Assembly (NCBI GenBank): GCA_015059105.1
Contig: SVBB01000004.1
Location: 5,144-69,143, forward strand
Source of the DNA: Erysipelotrichaceae bacterium
Lineage (GTDB): Bacteria; Bacillota_I; Bacilli_A; RFN20; CAG-826
Direction: 5' to 3'
Length of the DNA stretch: 64,000 nucleotides
Shown: positions 30,693 through 40,976 of the stretch, piece by piece
How positions within the stretch are numbered: the stretch's first letter is position 1
How the letters are laid out: each line of letters starts with the position of its first letter
Program-made: the position numbers and the translations under genes
The notes under the pieces: model-generated
What the model was told of the DNA's origin: nothing
Databases searched by the model: none
Seen by the model: only the letters and a program-made list of their open reading frames with translations

Positions 30693-31139
30693 ATGAGCAA
30701 AGAAAAGATTATATTCATCTGCCACGGCAGTATTTGCCGTTCTCCAATGGCGCATTTCATATTTTTAAATGAGATTAATAAAAGGGGATTAGCTGATAAA
30801 TATGATGTCTCTTCTTTTGCAGTGTCTTATGAAGAAGAAGGTAATGATATCGATTACCGCGCGAAAGCACAGCTTGATAAGAATCATATTCCATACGCCT
30901 ATCATCCCGCGAAAAGAATACAGCTAAAAGATTATAAAGAGGCTAGTCGCATCTATGTGATGGATAATAGCAATATCTATATTCTTAAAAGAATATTTCC
31001 TAATGAGGACCATAATAAGATTCATTTATTAAATGAGCCATATGAAATTTCAGATCCATGGTACACGCATGATTTCGATTTAGCATTTAAAGAAATTAAA
31101 GAAAGCATTGTTAAATTAATAGAAGGTAATAAATTATGA
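30693..31139 (+). CDS. Low-molecular-weight protein-tyrosine phosphatase
   Basis: IFICHGSICRSPMA is the CX5R P-loop and DPWY is present near the C-terminus. The start is set at the ATG at 30693. The ORF-track start is a TTG. A tataat box lies 7 nt upstream, so the mRNA is possibly leaderless. Confidence 0.8.
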   Translation: MSKEKIIFICHGSICRSPMAHFIFLNEINKRGLADKYDVSSFAVSYEEEGNDIDYRAKAQLDKNHIPYAYHPAKRIQLKDYKEASRIYVMDNSNIYILKRIFPNEDHNKIHLLNEPYEISDPWYTHDFDLAFKEIKESIVKLIEGNKL

Positions 31140-31747
31140 ACGAGAAAGACAAGATGTTAAAAGGTATGCTTTATGATAGTTCTGATCCAGAACTTGTCGC
31201 TTTGAGAAATAAGTGCCATAAATTATGCCAAGAATATAACTGCTTAGAGGAAACTAATAAAAGAAGAAAAGAGATTTTAAAAGAATTTGGTTTTGATGAA
31301 AGCATTTATCTTCAAGGCCCAATCTATTTCGATTATGGGTGTTTTACAAAGATTGGGAAAAATACATATGCTAATTTCAATTTGACAATACTCGATGTCT
31401 GCCCAGTTAATATCGGTCATGATGTCTTTATTGGAACAGGAGTGAGCTTAGTTACCCCTCTTCATCCAATGCGTTACAAAGAGAGAAATATCTATTTCGA
31501 TAAAGAGAAAAATCGCTTATTAAACAAAGAATACGGCGCGCCTATCACCATTGGTGATAACTGCTGGATTTGCTCTAATGTTACTGTTGTTGGAGGAGTA
31601 AAAATCGGTTCTGGTTCCGTAATTGGGGCAGGTTCAGTTGTCACTCACGATATCCCATCTAATGTCCTCGCTGCTGGAAATCCCTGTAAGGTAATTAGAG
31701 AAATCGATAACGAAGAAAGAGAAATAATTAAAGAAATGAACAATTAG
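31136..31747 (+). CDS. Maltose/galactoside O-acetyltransferase (left-handed beta-helix)
   Basis: Hexapeptide-repeat region (IGDNCWICSNVTVVGGVKIGSGSVIGAGSVV). It overlaps the PTP stop with ATGA. Confidence 0.8.
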   Translation: MNEKDKMLKGMLYDSSDPELVALRNKCHKLCQEYNCLEETNKRRKEILKEFGFDESIYLQGPIYFDYGCFTKIGKNTYANFNLTILDVCPVNIGHDVFIGTGVSLVTPLHPMRYKERNIYFDKEKNRLLNKEYGAPITIGDNCWICSNVTVVGGVKIGSGSVIGAGSVVTHDIPSNVLAAGNPCKVIREIDNEEREIIKEMNN

Positions 31748-31768
31748 TTTATTTATAATAATAAAGAT

Positions 31769-32740
31769 ATGTTATACCTCGCTTATGGAAGTCAGTCGGC
31801 TACTCTTCGTAACCGCATCAAGAAAATCTGTAAAGAAGCAATAGGGGAAATCGATGACATGAATTACGTCCGTTTCACCTATAATGATACTGGTATTTTT
31901 GAAGTGCTTGATGAATGTAGTTATATTCCATTAGGGTATGAGAAAAAAGTCGTGGTCTATGAAGATTTTTCCTTATTAGGAAAAGTGGATAAGAAAGCCA
32001 AAGATTCCGACGCTTATAAAGCGCTTATCAATTATTTAAAATCACCAAATGAAGATACGATTCTCATCCTCGCTTTATATGAAGATAAAATCGATGAAAA
32101 AGGCGAGATATTTAAGATCATCAAAGATTATAGCGATAAAAGCATTATCACTTACCCAATTCCAAATGAAATTGAATGGAAAGATATCGTCGCTAGATAT
32201 TTTAAAGAGAAACTCAATGTTGTTATCGATAGAGATGCGTTAATCGAATTTGCTAACCGCACATATAGAGATGTTGGTCTACTTCAAAATAACGCGAAGA
32301 AATTAGCCTTATATACCGACCATATCACTCATCAAGATGTTATAAAAATGGTGGAACGTCCTCTTGAAGAAAACGTTTTCCAAATCTTTAACGCTTTATT
32401 AGAAGGAAAAAATGGAGCAGCTTTACGCATCTACCGCGATTTAAGAGTGAAAGCGATTGAACCAGTTAGTTTAATTACCACCCTAGCAAATCAGCTTCGC
32501 ACCTTCTCTATGGTTTCTTATCTAGTGAGAAATAATTACACGGTTAAAGCGATAAGTGAAGAACTTAATATCAATGAAATACGCGCGAAAATTCTTTCTC
32601 GACAAGTCTATAATATGAAAGAAAACGCGATTAAAAGAACTTTTGACGAATTATATAATTTAGATTTCCAAATCAAAAGCGGCCAAGTAGACCGCTTCTA
32701 TGCTTTTGAATTATTCTTAGCAAATTTTAAAGTACGATAA
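31769..32740 (+). CDS. holA: DNA polymerase III delta subunit
   Basis: The size and the conserved comEC-holA-rpsT neighbourhood of Firmicutes support the call. Confidence 0.75.
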   Translation: MLYLAYGSQSATLRNRIKKICKEAIGEIDDMNYVRFTYNDTGIFEVLDECSYIPLGYEKKVVVYEDFSLLGKVDKKAKDSDAYKALINYLKSPNEDTILILALYEDKIDEKGEIFKIIKDYSDKSIITYPIPNEIEWKDIVARYFKEKLNVVIDRDALIEFANRTYRDVGLLQNNAKKLALYTDHITHQDVIKMVERPLEENVFQIFNALLEGKNGAALRIYRDLRVKAIEPVSLITTLANQLRTFSMVSYLVRNNYTVKAISEELNINEIRAKILSRQVYNMKENAIKRTFDELYNLDFQIKSGQVDRFYAFELFLANFKVR

Positions 32741-32743
32741 TAA

Positions 32744-33007
32744 TTATTCTAATGAGTTAAGCAATTTCGCAACTGTGCTCTTTTGTCTGGCGGCAGTATT
32801 CGCGTGTTGAATACCATCGGAAACACTCTTGTCGATTAAAGAATAAGCTTTGAGAGAAGCTTCTTTTGCTTTAGCGGCATCTTTCGCTTCGACTGCTAAT
32901 CTGACCTTTTTGATTTCGGATCTGATAGCACTCTTGGCGGATTTGTTTCTAAGACGTGCTTTTTCGTTTGTTTTGTTGCGTTTGATTTGACTTTTAATAT
33001 TTGCCAT
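32744..33007 (-). CDS. rpsT: 30S ribosomal protein S20
   Basis: MANIKSQIKRNKTNEKARLRNKS is a canonical S20. Confidence 0.9.
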   Translation of the reverse strand: MANIKSQIKRNKTNEKARLRNKSAKSAIRSEIKKVRLAVEAKDAAKAKEASLKAYSLIDKSVSDGIQHANTAARQKSTVAKLLNSLE

Positions 33008-33078
33008 TTTTCTACCTCTTTTTTAAGCGTCGCTTGTTATATTACCATAAATGAAACATAATGCAAATAATATTTACA

Positions 33079-35097
33079 TTAGTCTTTATGCTTTTTGCTC
33101 TTTAAAGCATCAATTTCTTCAACGAAGTCGAGAACACAAGTGAGTTTGCCATATTTATTTTCTGGAATATTCACTTTGAATTTCTCATTAACTTTTTGAA
33201 TGAGTTCGACATAGTTCATCGAATCGCCACCTAAGTCGTTGATCCAATGCGCGTCGTTTTCAATTTTAAATAATGGAAGAATGAGGACTTCGGAGAAAAT
33301 CGCTCTTACGTCGTCGAGATATTTATCTAAAACTTCTTGTGGAATCTTTTTAGAAATCTTCTTTTGCATGTTACCATCTAATGAGATGTAGTCTTTACTA
33401 CCCGCTTCAATGGCTTTCTTGACTTGATAACGTTTAACTTTCATAGAGTTAGCAAGTGGAAGTTTGTTACGCGCGAAATATAGTTCATCGATCTTGACAC
33501 CGTGCGGTAAATCTTCTTCGATTTTCTTAACCTTTTCTTTTAAGGCTTTAATCTCATCTTCTTTGATGTGATTATCAACTTCTAAAACGAGGACAATCGC
33601 TTCATCAGTGGAACCTTCTTTTTGTTTACCAAAGATACAAATCTTATTGACTCTATCGAGGTTTTGGAAATAAATTTCCAATTCATCAGGGAAGATGTTT
33701 TCCCCATTCGCATTGACGATGACGTCTTTCATACGACCTCTGATATAGTATCTACCAGCGGCGTCAACTTCCGCGATATCGCCGGTATGGAAATAACCTT
33801 CACTATCGATAGAAGATTTAGACTCTTTACCGCCGATAATTTCTCTGATATGAACAGCTTTACTTCTCACAAGAAGTTCACCTTTACCAGTGCCAGAATC
33901 ATCAGGATTAATCTTATATTCCACTCCGTGAAGTGGTTTACCAATAGAGCATTTTAATCTTTCGTCGACGTTTGGTGAAAGTTCAACGGAAGTAACACCG
34001 ATTTCAGTCATGCCATATCCGTTATATAGGTTATAGCCTAAGCCATTGATGATGGTGGCTGTATGGTTATTGAGATAACCGCCTCCAGAAATGCAGTATC
34101 TAACATGGCTACCAAGCAAATTCTTTTGGACTTTCTTCATAGCGATTCTGCTCGCTGCAAACCCCGCTTCATCTTTAGATAATTTACCAGTATGGAAACC
34201 GATCATCTTATCCATGAGCTGTTGTTTCTTTGGATCCATCATCGCTTTCTTTCTTTCTAAAGCAGTGGTGATGCCATCCCAGAAAAGTGGGACAGAGAAG
34301 ACGTGAGTCACTTTGCTCTTCGCGCATAAGGATAATAAATCTTTGCTGCTATTAGAGGCTGGGAAGACTAAAGTCTTGCCATAGAATGTAAACCATAAGA
34401 AGACAGCGACGAAACCAAAGATGTGATGAAGTGGAATCATCGCGAGGATTTTGAGCTTACCGAGTTTCTTTGGATACATCAAATCGATAGTGGAATCACC
34501 CATTTCTAATGATTCAGCGATTTGGTTGACGAGGTTTTCCCCGTTATAGACCATGAGCTTAACGTCTCCAGTCGTACCACTGGAACAGAAGATCACTTCA
34601 TTCTCCCAAGTTGGAGTGAAGGAATAGTTATGATTTTCTTCGACGATATCATAGATTGAAAGTTTCGTCGTGTTATATAAATACATATCGTCTGTTACGA
34701 TAGCGATAGCATTAGTTTGTTTTAAAAGGTTTTCCGTGCCTTCTTTACTAGTTTTGGCATCGATTAATAGTGGTTTATATCCTGACATGAGGATTGCCCA
34801 GAACATTTCACACCATCTTGGGCAGTTGGCCACTTTTAAAGCGATGACGCGATTTTTTGGCTGTTGATATAATAAGGAAGAAATCGCACTGGCGAATTCA
34901 TAGCAGTGCTTACGATATTTAGAATAACGATAATGTCTGATTTTACCGTTATCATTAGTGTATTCCATCGCGACAGAGTGCAAATTCTTTTTCATCGAAT
35001 AGTTAAAAATATCTTCCATCTTTAAAGATGTTTTTAATAAATCGTTCGCACTTGAGAGATATTCTTTCGCGAGTTTATGTTTTTTCTCGATATTCAT
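33079..35097 (-). CDS. AMP-dependent acyl-CoA/acyl-carrier synthetase fused to a C-terminal phosphopantetheine-binding (ACP-like) domain
   Basis: The AMP-binding core is present (SSGTTGDVKLM, YGMTE, GDIAEVDAAGRYYIRGR). The C-terminal LGGDSMNYVELIQ matches the ACP/PCP serine attachment motif. Confidence 0.75.
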   Translation of the reverse strand: MNIEKKHKLAKEYLSSANDLLKTSLKMEDIFNYSMKKNLHSVAMEYTNDNGKIRHYRYSKYRKHCYEFASAISSLLYQQPKNRVIALKVANCPRWCEMFWAILMSGYKPLLIDAKTSKEGTENLLKQTNAIAIVTDDMYLYNTTKLSIYDIVEENHNYSFTPTWENEVIFCSSGTTGDVKLMVYNGENLVNQIAESLEMGDSTIDLMYPKKLGKLKILAMIPLHHIFGFVAVFLWFTFYGKTLVFPASNSSKDLLSLCAKSKVTHVFSVPLFWDGITTALERKKAMMDPKKQQLMDKMIGFHTGKLSKDEAGFAASRIAMKKVQKNLLGSHVRYCISGGGYLNNHTATIINGLGYNLYNGYGMTEIGVTSVELSPNVDERLKCSIGKPLHGVEYKINPDDSGTGKGELLVRSKAVHIREIIGGKESKSSIDSEGYFHTGDIAEVDAAGRYYIRGRMKDVIVNANGENIFPDELEIYFQNLDRVNKICIFGKQKEGSTDEAIVLVLEVDNHIKEDEIKALKEKVKKIEEDLPHGVKIDELYFARNKLPLANSMKVKRYQVKKAIEAGSKDYISLDGNMQKKISKKIPQEVLDKYLDDVRAIFSEVLILPLFKIENDAHWINDLGGDSMNYVELIQKVNEKFKVNIPENKYGKLTCVLDFVEEIDALKSKKHKD

Positions 35098-35696
35098 TTT
35101 TTCTTCTTGCTCCTTATTTCCGTTAATTCTTGTTCGATGACCGCAAGCTGTCTTTCGAGCTCCTCAACCTCGTCTTTCGGTGGGATTTCTTGATCTTTTT
35201 CTTGCTCTTCTTTTTGAGCTTCTACTAACGAGACGCGATATCGCTTTAGAATTTTGTCGTTTTCTAAACTATATAATTTGACGTCGATGACATTTTTGCC
35301 TAGGTCGAGAACCATATAAGTTGAACCAAATTCACTACGTGGATAAGAGATAGAACCAGGATTGATAAAAGCAACCCCTTTTCTTTTCACGCATTCAGGA
35401 ACGTGGGTATGACCATATATGAACACTTTGACAGCGAAGTCATCAAGTTTCTTTGTTGATACTTCTTTTTTATGACGCATAAGAATATTACCAAATGGAG
35501 TAGGAATTAATAATTCCTCTTGCATATCAAAAGAATAGTCACAGTTACCTCTCACACTGCGGAAAGGATAAATGCCTCTTGGATGAGATTCTGAATCTCC
35601 CGCGTGGAGATATAAATCGATATTTGGCCACTTGGCGATTAATTCATCAAGGGCTTCATTATTACCATGGCTATCAGATACTAGTAAAATTCTCAT
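35094..35696 (-). CDS. YfcE-like metallophosphoesterase with an acidic coiled-coil tail
   Basis: Calcineurin-like motifs are present (LLVSDSHGN, GDSE, GNCD, GHTH). The start is set at MRILLV. The ORF-track start at 35735 is possible but adds an odd hydrophobic leader. Confidence 0.7.
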   Translation of the reverse strand: MRILLVSDSHGNNEALDELIAKWPNIDLYLHAGDSESHPRGIYPFRSVRGNCDYSFDMQEELLIPTPFGNILMRHKKEVSTKKLDDFAVKVFIYGHTHVPECVKRKGVAFINPGSISYPRSEFGSTYMVLDLGKNVIDVKLYSLENDKILKRYRVSLVEAQKEEQEKDQEIPPKDEVEELERQLAVIEQELTEIRSKKKK

Positions 35697-35789
35697 ATCA
35701 TAATAATGATAAAAGAAAAAAGTACATATTTTCAATTATTGATTTAAATAGTGATGATTTTTTATGCTTATTTTTGTAAAATAACTACG

Positions 35790-36731
35790 ATGAATGACGT
35801 TAAACAAATAAAAATCTTATTTATGGGCACTCCTATAATCGCTGCTTCCGTACTTGAGAAGCTCATTTTATGTGGTTATAACATCGTGGGAGTTATCTCT
35901 CAACCTGATCGTCCTGTGGGAAGAAAGAAGTTATTGCTTCCAACACCTACTAAAGAAGTTGCCCTTAAATATAATATCCCTTGCTATCAAGTGGAAAAGA
36001 TTAGAAAAGACTACGATTTTATTAAAGAAATTAATCCTGATTTGATATTGACTCTCGCATATGGTCAAATCGTTCCAAAAGGAGTGTTAGATATCCCTAA
36101 ATATGGTTGTTTGAACCTTCATGGTTCACTTTTACCTAAATATCGCGGGGCCGCGCCTATTCAATATGCGCTCATTAATAACGATCAAATCACTGGCATG
36201 TCCTTAATGGAAATGAATGAAAGAATGGATGAAGGAAAGGTCTATGCCTCTAATATCATCGATATTTTAGAAGAAGATAACTCTACATCTTTGTTTATTA
36301 AGATGGGGGAAGCAGCCTTTGAACTCGTCAACGATTGTTTAGCTAAATATATTAACGGCGAACTTCCTGGAGAAGAGCAAGACCCTGCTCTAGTGAGTTA
36401 TGCTCCTCCAATCAGTAAAGAAGAAGAGAAACTGAATCTTAATGATTCAATCGATAGAATATACGGTTATATTCGCGCGTTAAGCGATGAACCAGGTGGT
36501 TATCTATATTTAGATAATGAACCGATTAAGATTTTTAAAGCTAAGATTTATTCTCGCGAAGTAAAAGCGGAAGTGGGAAAGATTATCCAAATCGATAAAA
36601 ACGGCATCCTTCTTCAGTGTAAAGACGGCATCCTTTTCTTAGAAGAACTGCAAAGACAAGGGAAAAAGAAAATGGGCTATAAAGATTTTGCAAATGGCAA
36701 TATGGCCCTTAAAGATAGAATTCTCCGATGA
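35790..36731 (+). CDS. fmt: Methionyl-tRNA formyltransferase
   Basis: KILFMGTP and HGSLLPKYRGAAPIQ are formyltransferase motifs. The start is set at MNDVKQ. Confidence 0.85.
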   Translation: MNDVKQIKILFMGTPIIAASVLEKLILCGYNIVGVISQPDRPVGRKKLLLPTPTKEVALKYNIPCYQVEKIRKDYDFIKEINPDLILTLAYGQIVPKGVLDIPKYGCLNLHGSLLPKYRGAAPIQYALINNDQITGMSLMEMNERMDEGKVYASNIIDILEEDNSTSLFIKMGEAAFELVNDCLAKYINGELPGEEQDPALVSYAPPISKEEEKLNLNDSIDRIYGYIRALSDEPGGYLYLDNEPIKIFKAKIYSREVKAEVGKIIQIDKNGILLQCKDGILFLEELQRQGKKKMGYKDFANGNMALKDRILR

Positions 36732-39067
36732 AATTATCCCTCAGCGTTCATCAATTAGTGGATTTCTTATTACGAGAAGGCGATATCGATTCTCGTATTT
36801 TTTCTCGTGCGACGATGAGTGAGGGAACAGAAGTTCATTCTCGTTATCAAGCCGCTCAATCAAGCGCGTATCTTTCAGAATATCCTTTAAAAACCACACT
36901 AGTGGTTGAAGATGTGGAAGTCACTATTGAAGGACGCGCTGATGGCATTATTAAAAATGGACCAGAAGATTATACTATCGATGAAATCAAATCTACTGTT
37001 ATTCCTTTAGAAGAATTTTATGAAGGGAATAAGGGATGGCATTTAGGACAGGCGAAAGTCTATGGATATATGTTTTTAAAAGAACAGCATTTTTCTTCTA
37101 TTGGGATTCGCCTAACATATATCAAACAAGGGGAAGAAAGCGAAAAGAAAATTTATGATTTCTCCTATTCCTACTTAGAACTTGAACAATTCGTCATCGA
37201 TTTAGTCAGTGAATATTTAGAATTTAATAGATTAATTGTCTCTTTAAGAGAGAGAAGAAATGCTTATTTAAAAGATTTATCTTTTCCATTTGAAAAAACG
37301 CGAAAAGGACAACAAAGATTATCAAAATATAGTTATGGAATCGCGATTAAAGGTGGGAAATTGTTCGTGGAAGCTCCAACGGGGATTGGGAAAACGGTTT
37401 CAACATTATTCCCATATGTCAAAGCTCTTAATGTCGATGATGAAGGAAAAATATTCTATTTAACCGCGAAGAATTCTGGTAAAGAAGCAGCAATGAAATG
37501 CATGGATATTATCAATGATAATAAAGGGAATATATCCTATTTAAACATCACCGCGAAAGAAAAGATTTGTTTATGCAAAGGTAAAGCCTGTAATCCCGAT
37601 GAATGTCCATATACGAAAGGGTATTATTCTAAGATTGCTAACGTCATCAAATATTCTTTAATTACTTATCATAAATTCGATTATCGGACGATATTAAATA
37701 TCGCAGAAGAATTCGTCGTTTGTCCTTTTGAACTCGAACTCGACTTATCCAACTATATCGATGTTATCATCTGTGACTATAACTATATCTTTGACCCTAT
37801 ATCCTATTTAAAAAGATATATGGATGAAGAAAGAAGTCATTATCTATTATTAATCGATGAAGCGCATAACTTAGTCGATAGATCGCGTAGCATGTATAGC
37901 GAATCGTTAAAAGAAGAAGATTTTAACAAAGTTAAAAAATCGCTTAGAAAGAAACCTTTGAAGCGATTAAAAGCTAATTTTGCAAAACTTTCTAAGCGTT
38001 TCAACACATTGAAAAGCGAATATAAAAATGAATATAACATCATCGACGAGATTGATGATATGACTTACCGCATCTTAAATCGCTTTTTAGATATCATGAA
38101 CGAAATCAATAAGGCGGAGAGTAAAGAGATTACTCCGGAACTACAAGATTTCTTCTTTAATGTTTCACGTTTTTTAAAAATCTATGATCTAGCAAATGAT
38201 GCTTTCCTTTTCTATATAGAAAATATCAACGATAAACTGACGATTAACATCTCTTGTTTAGATGCTTCTAAATTCTTAAAAGGTATTGCTAATTCAGTAA
38301 AAGCGGTGACATATTTCTCTGCGACTTTATCTCCAATTGATTATTATGTACAAACTTTAGGAGGAGAAAGACATTTAGAACCAGTCTTATTCCTTCCTTC
38401 CCCGTTCCCAAAAGAGAATCTTAAGATTTATATCTGTCCAAAAGTCTCAGTGAAATATAAAAATAGAGAACAAACATATCAATCTGTCAGCGATTATTTA
38501 AAAACTTTTATCGATGGAAAAGTTGGCAACTACTTGATTTATTTACCGAGCTATGAATATCTTGATAACCTTAAAAAGGTTATGAATATGCCTCTTAACT
38601 ATGATTGTTATTATCAAAGTAGAGAGATGAATGAGCTTGAAAAAGAAGAATTTTTGTCCCATTTCGTCGATAATCCTAGTAAGACAACTGTGGGCTTTGC
38701 TGTTTTAGGGGGAGCATTTGGAGAAGGTATTGACTTAGTGAGCGATAGATTAATTGGCGTGGGAATAGTGGGTATCGGCATGCCGCGTATCAACTTCTTA
38801 TCCGATAATATTAAAGAATATTATAGTAAAAACGATTTAGATGGATATAACTATGCATATGTTTATCCAGGAATGAATAAAGTGATGCAGGCGATTGGTA
38901 GAGTTATCAGAGATGAAAAAGACCGTGGAGCGGTCATCCTCATCGATGAAAGATACGGCTTAAATGAATATCGCGATTTGTTCAGAAAAGAGTGGAATGA
39001 ATACGAGATGATTTTCTCTTCTAATGAATTAAAACAATCTTTACAAGATTTCTATGAAGAAAAATGA
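36728..39067 (+). CDS. Rad3/XPD(DinG)-family Fe-S DNA helicase with an N-terminal PD-(D/E)xK nuclease-like domain
   Basis: The N-terminal ~180 aa have the D...D-x-E-I-K pattern (EGRADGII..YTIDEIKST). The helicase part has a Walker A-like APTGIGKT, a 4-Cys cluster (CLCKGKACNPDECPY) and the DEAH box LLLIDEAHNL. Confidence 0.7.
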   Translation: MKLSLSVHQLVDFLLREGDIDSRIFSRATMSEGTEVHSRYQAAQSSAYLSEYPLKTTLVVEDVEVTIEGRADGIIKNGPEDYTIDEIKSTVIPLEEFYEGNKGWHLGQAKVYGYMFLKEQHFSSIGIRLTYIKQGEESEKKIYDFSYSYLELEQFVIDLVSEYLEFNRLIVSLRERRNAYLKDLSFPFEKTRKGQQRLSKYSYGIAIKGGKLFVEAPTGIGKTVSTLFPYVKALNVDDEGKIFYLTAKNSGKEAAMKCMDIINDNKGNISYLNITAKEKICLCKGKACNPDECPYTKGYYSKIANVIKYSLITYHKFDYRTILNIAEEFVVCPFELELDLSNYIDVIICDYNYIFDPISYLKRYMDEERSHYLLLIDEAHNLVDRSRSMYSESLKEEDFNKVKKSLRKKPLKRLKANFAKLSKRFNTLKSEYKNEYNIIDEIDDMTYRILNRFLDIMNEINKAESKEITPELQDFFFNVSRFLKIYDLANDAFLFYIENINDKLTINISCLDASKFLKGIANSVKAVTYFSATLSPIDYYVQTLGGERHLEPVLFLPSPFPKENLKIYICPKVSVKYKNREQTYQSVSDYLKTFIDGKVGNYLIYLPSYEYLDNLKKVMNMPLNYDCYYQSREMNELEKEEFLSHFVDNPSKTTVGFAVLGGAFGEGIDLVSDRLIGVGIVGIGMPRINFLSDNIKEYYSKNDLDGYNYAYVYPGMNKVMQAIGRVIRDEKDRGAVILIDERYGLNEYRDLFRKEWNEYEMIFSSNELKQSLQDFYEEK

Positions 39068-39086
39068 TATAAAATAATAGTTAATT

Positions 39087-40901
39087 ATGGAAATCAAACA
39101 AAATAAAATACGAAATTTCTCCATCATTGCCCATATCGATCACGGCAAATCTACTTTAGCTGACCGCATTTTAGAAAGAACAGGAGTAGTGACCGCTAGA
39201 GAGATGAAAGACCAAATTCTCGACTCTATGGAACTAGAGAGAGAAAGAGGAATTACCATCAAACTCAACTCGGTAACATTATCCTACAAGGCTAAAGATG
39301 GTGAAGAGTATATTTTCAATTTGATAGACACTCCTGGGCACGTCGACTTCTCTTATGAAGTATCGCGTTCATTAGCGGCATGCGAAGGAGCGATTTTAGT
39401 AGTGGATGCTTCTCAAGGTGTGGAAGCCCAAACTTTAGCAAACTGCTATTTAGCTGTCGATAACGACTTAGAGATTCTCCCAGTTATCAACAAAGTTGAT
39501 TTACCAAGTGCAGAGCCAGAAAGAGTGAAAGCGGAAATCGAAAAGCGTATCGGTGTTCCCGCGGATAATTCCTTACTAGTCTCTGCAAAGACTGGCTTAG
39601 GGATTGATGAACTATTAGAAGCAATCGTGAAATATATTCCTGCGCCAAGTGGAGATGTTAATGCCCCTTTAAAGGCTTTAATCTTTGATTCATATTACGA
39701 TTCATATCGTGGAGTAGTGATGCTCGTTCGTATCAAAGAAGGTAAAATCAACGTTGGCGATAAAATCTCTTTGATGCAAGCGAATAAACAGTACGTCGTT
39801 ACTGAACTCGGCATTAGAACGATACAAGAAATCCCTGTTAAAGAATTAACAACTGGACAAGTTGGTTATATATGCGCACAGATAAAGGACATCAAAGATG
39901 TGCGTCCTGGTGATACGGTGACTCACACCGATGAGCCATGCAAAGAAGCTCTTCCTGGATATCGATTGATAAACCCGATGGTCTACTGTGGGCTTTATCC
40001 CGTTGATAGCGATGATTATAACGATTTAAAAGATGCGTTAGAAAAACTATGTTTAAACGACGCTTCCCTTCAATACCAAGCTGAGACTAGCCAAGCCCTT
40101 GGTTTTGGCTTTAGATGCGGCTTTTTGGGCCTTTTACATATGGATATCATCCAAGAAAGAATTGAAAGAGAGTTTGGACTTGGATTAATTCTTACCGCCC
40201 CAAGCGTCATCTATCATGTCAATTTAACAGATGGGACGACTGTCAATATCGATAACCCATCTAAACTTCCAGATGCGACGCGTATTTCTTCTATTGAAGA
40301 ACCGTATGTGAAAGCGGAGATTATGACTCCTAAAGAATATGTCGGCGCGATCATGCAGCTATGCCAAGAAAGAAGAGGCATTTATCTCGATTTAGAATAT
40401 TTTGATGATACGAGAATGATTCTTCGTTATGAACTGCCGTTAAGCGAAATTGTTTATAATTTCTTTGATAGACTAAAGAGCTGCACGAAAGGTTATGCTT
40501 CTTTCGATTATGACTTCTCTGATTATAAGGTTAGCCAACTTCAAAAACTTGATATCCTTTTAAACGGACAAGTCGTGGATGCCCTTAGTTCAATTGTTTA
40601 TAAACCAGATGCATACCACAGAGGATTAGGAATAATTCGTAGAATTAAAGAAGTGATACCACGTCAACAATTCGAAATCCCAATTCAAGCCGCGATTGGT
40701 AACAAAGTCATCGCGAGAGTAGATGTTAAAGCCGTTCGTAAAGATGTCTTAGCGAAGTGCTATGGCGGTGATATCTCTCGTAAGAAAAAGCTCTTAGAGA
40801 AGCAAAAGGAAGGCAAGAAGCGTATGAAGAAAGTCGGATCAGTAGAAGTTCCACAAGAAGCATTCATGTCAGTCCTCTCTATAGAAGATACAGAAGATTA
40901 G
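39087..40901 (+). CDS. lepA: Elongation factor 4
   Basis: [11 protein letters not shown] with DTPGHVDF is present. The LepA-specific C-terminal domain is present. The protein is 604 aa. Confidence 0.95.
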   Translation: MEIKQNKIRNFSIIAHIDHGKSTLADRILERTGVVTAREMKDQILDSMELERERGITIKLNSVTLSYKAKDGEEYIFNLIDTPGHVDFSYEVSRSLAACEGAILVVDASQGVEAQTLANCYLAVDNDLEILPVINKVDLPSAEPERVKAEIEKRIGVPADNSLLVSAKTGLGIDELLEAIVKYIPAPSGDVNAPLKALIFDSYYDSYRGVVMLVRIKEGKINVGDKISLMQANKQYVVTELGIRTIQEIPVKELTTGQVGYICAQIKDIKDVRPGDTVTHTDEPCKEALPGYRLINPMVYCGLYPVDSDDYNDLKDALEKLCLNDASLQYQAETSQALGFGFRCGFLGLLHMDIIQERIEREFGLGLILTAPSVIYHVNLTDGTTVNIDNPSKLPDATRISSIEEPYVKAEIMTPKEYVGAIMQLCQERRGIYLDLEYFDDTRMILRYELPLSEIVYNFFDRLKSCTKGYASFDYDFSDYKVSQLQKLDILLNGQVVDALSSIVYKPDAYHRGLGIIRRIKEVIPRQQFEIPIQAAIGNKVIARVDVKAVRKDVLAKCYGGDISRKKKLLEKQKEGKKRMKKVGSVEVPQEAFMSVLSIEDTED

Positions 40902-40976
40902 TATAAAATTAGTAATTTTTTAGTAAATAATTGTTTTAAACAATCTTTTGATATAAACTGAAAAAGAGGTGATTAT

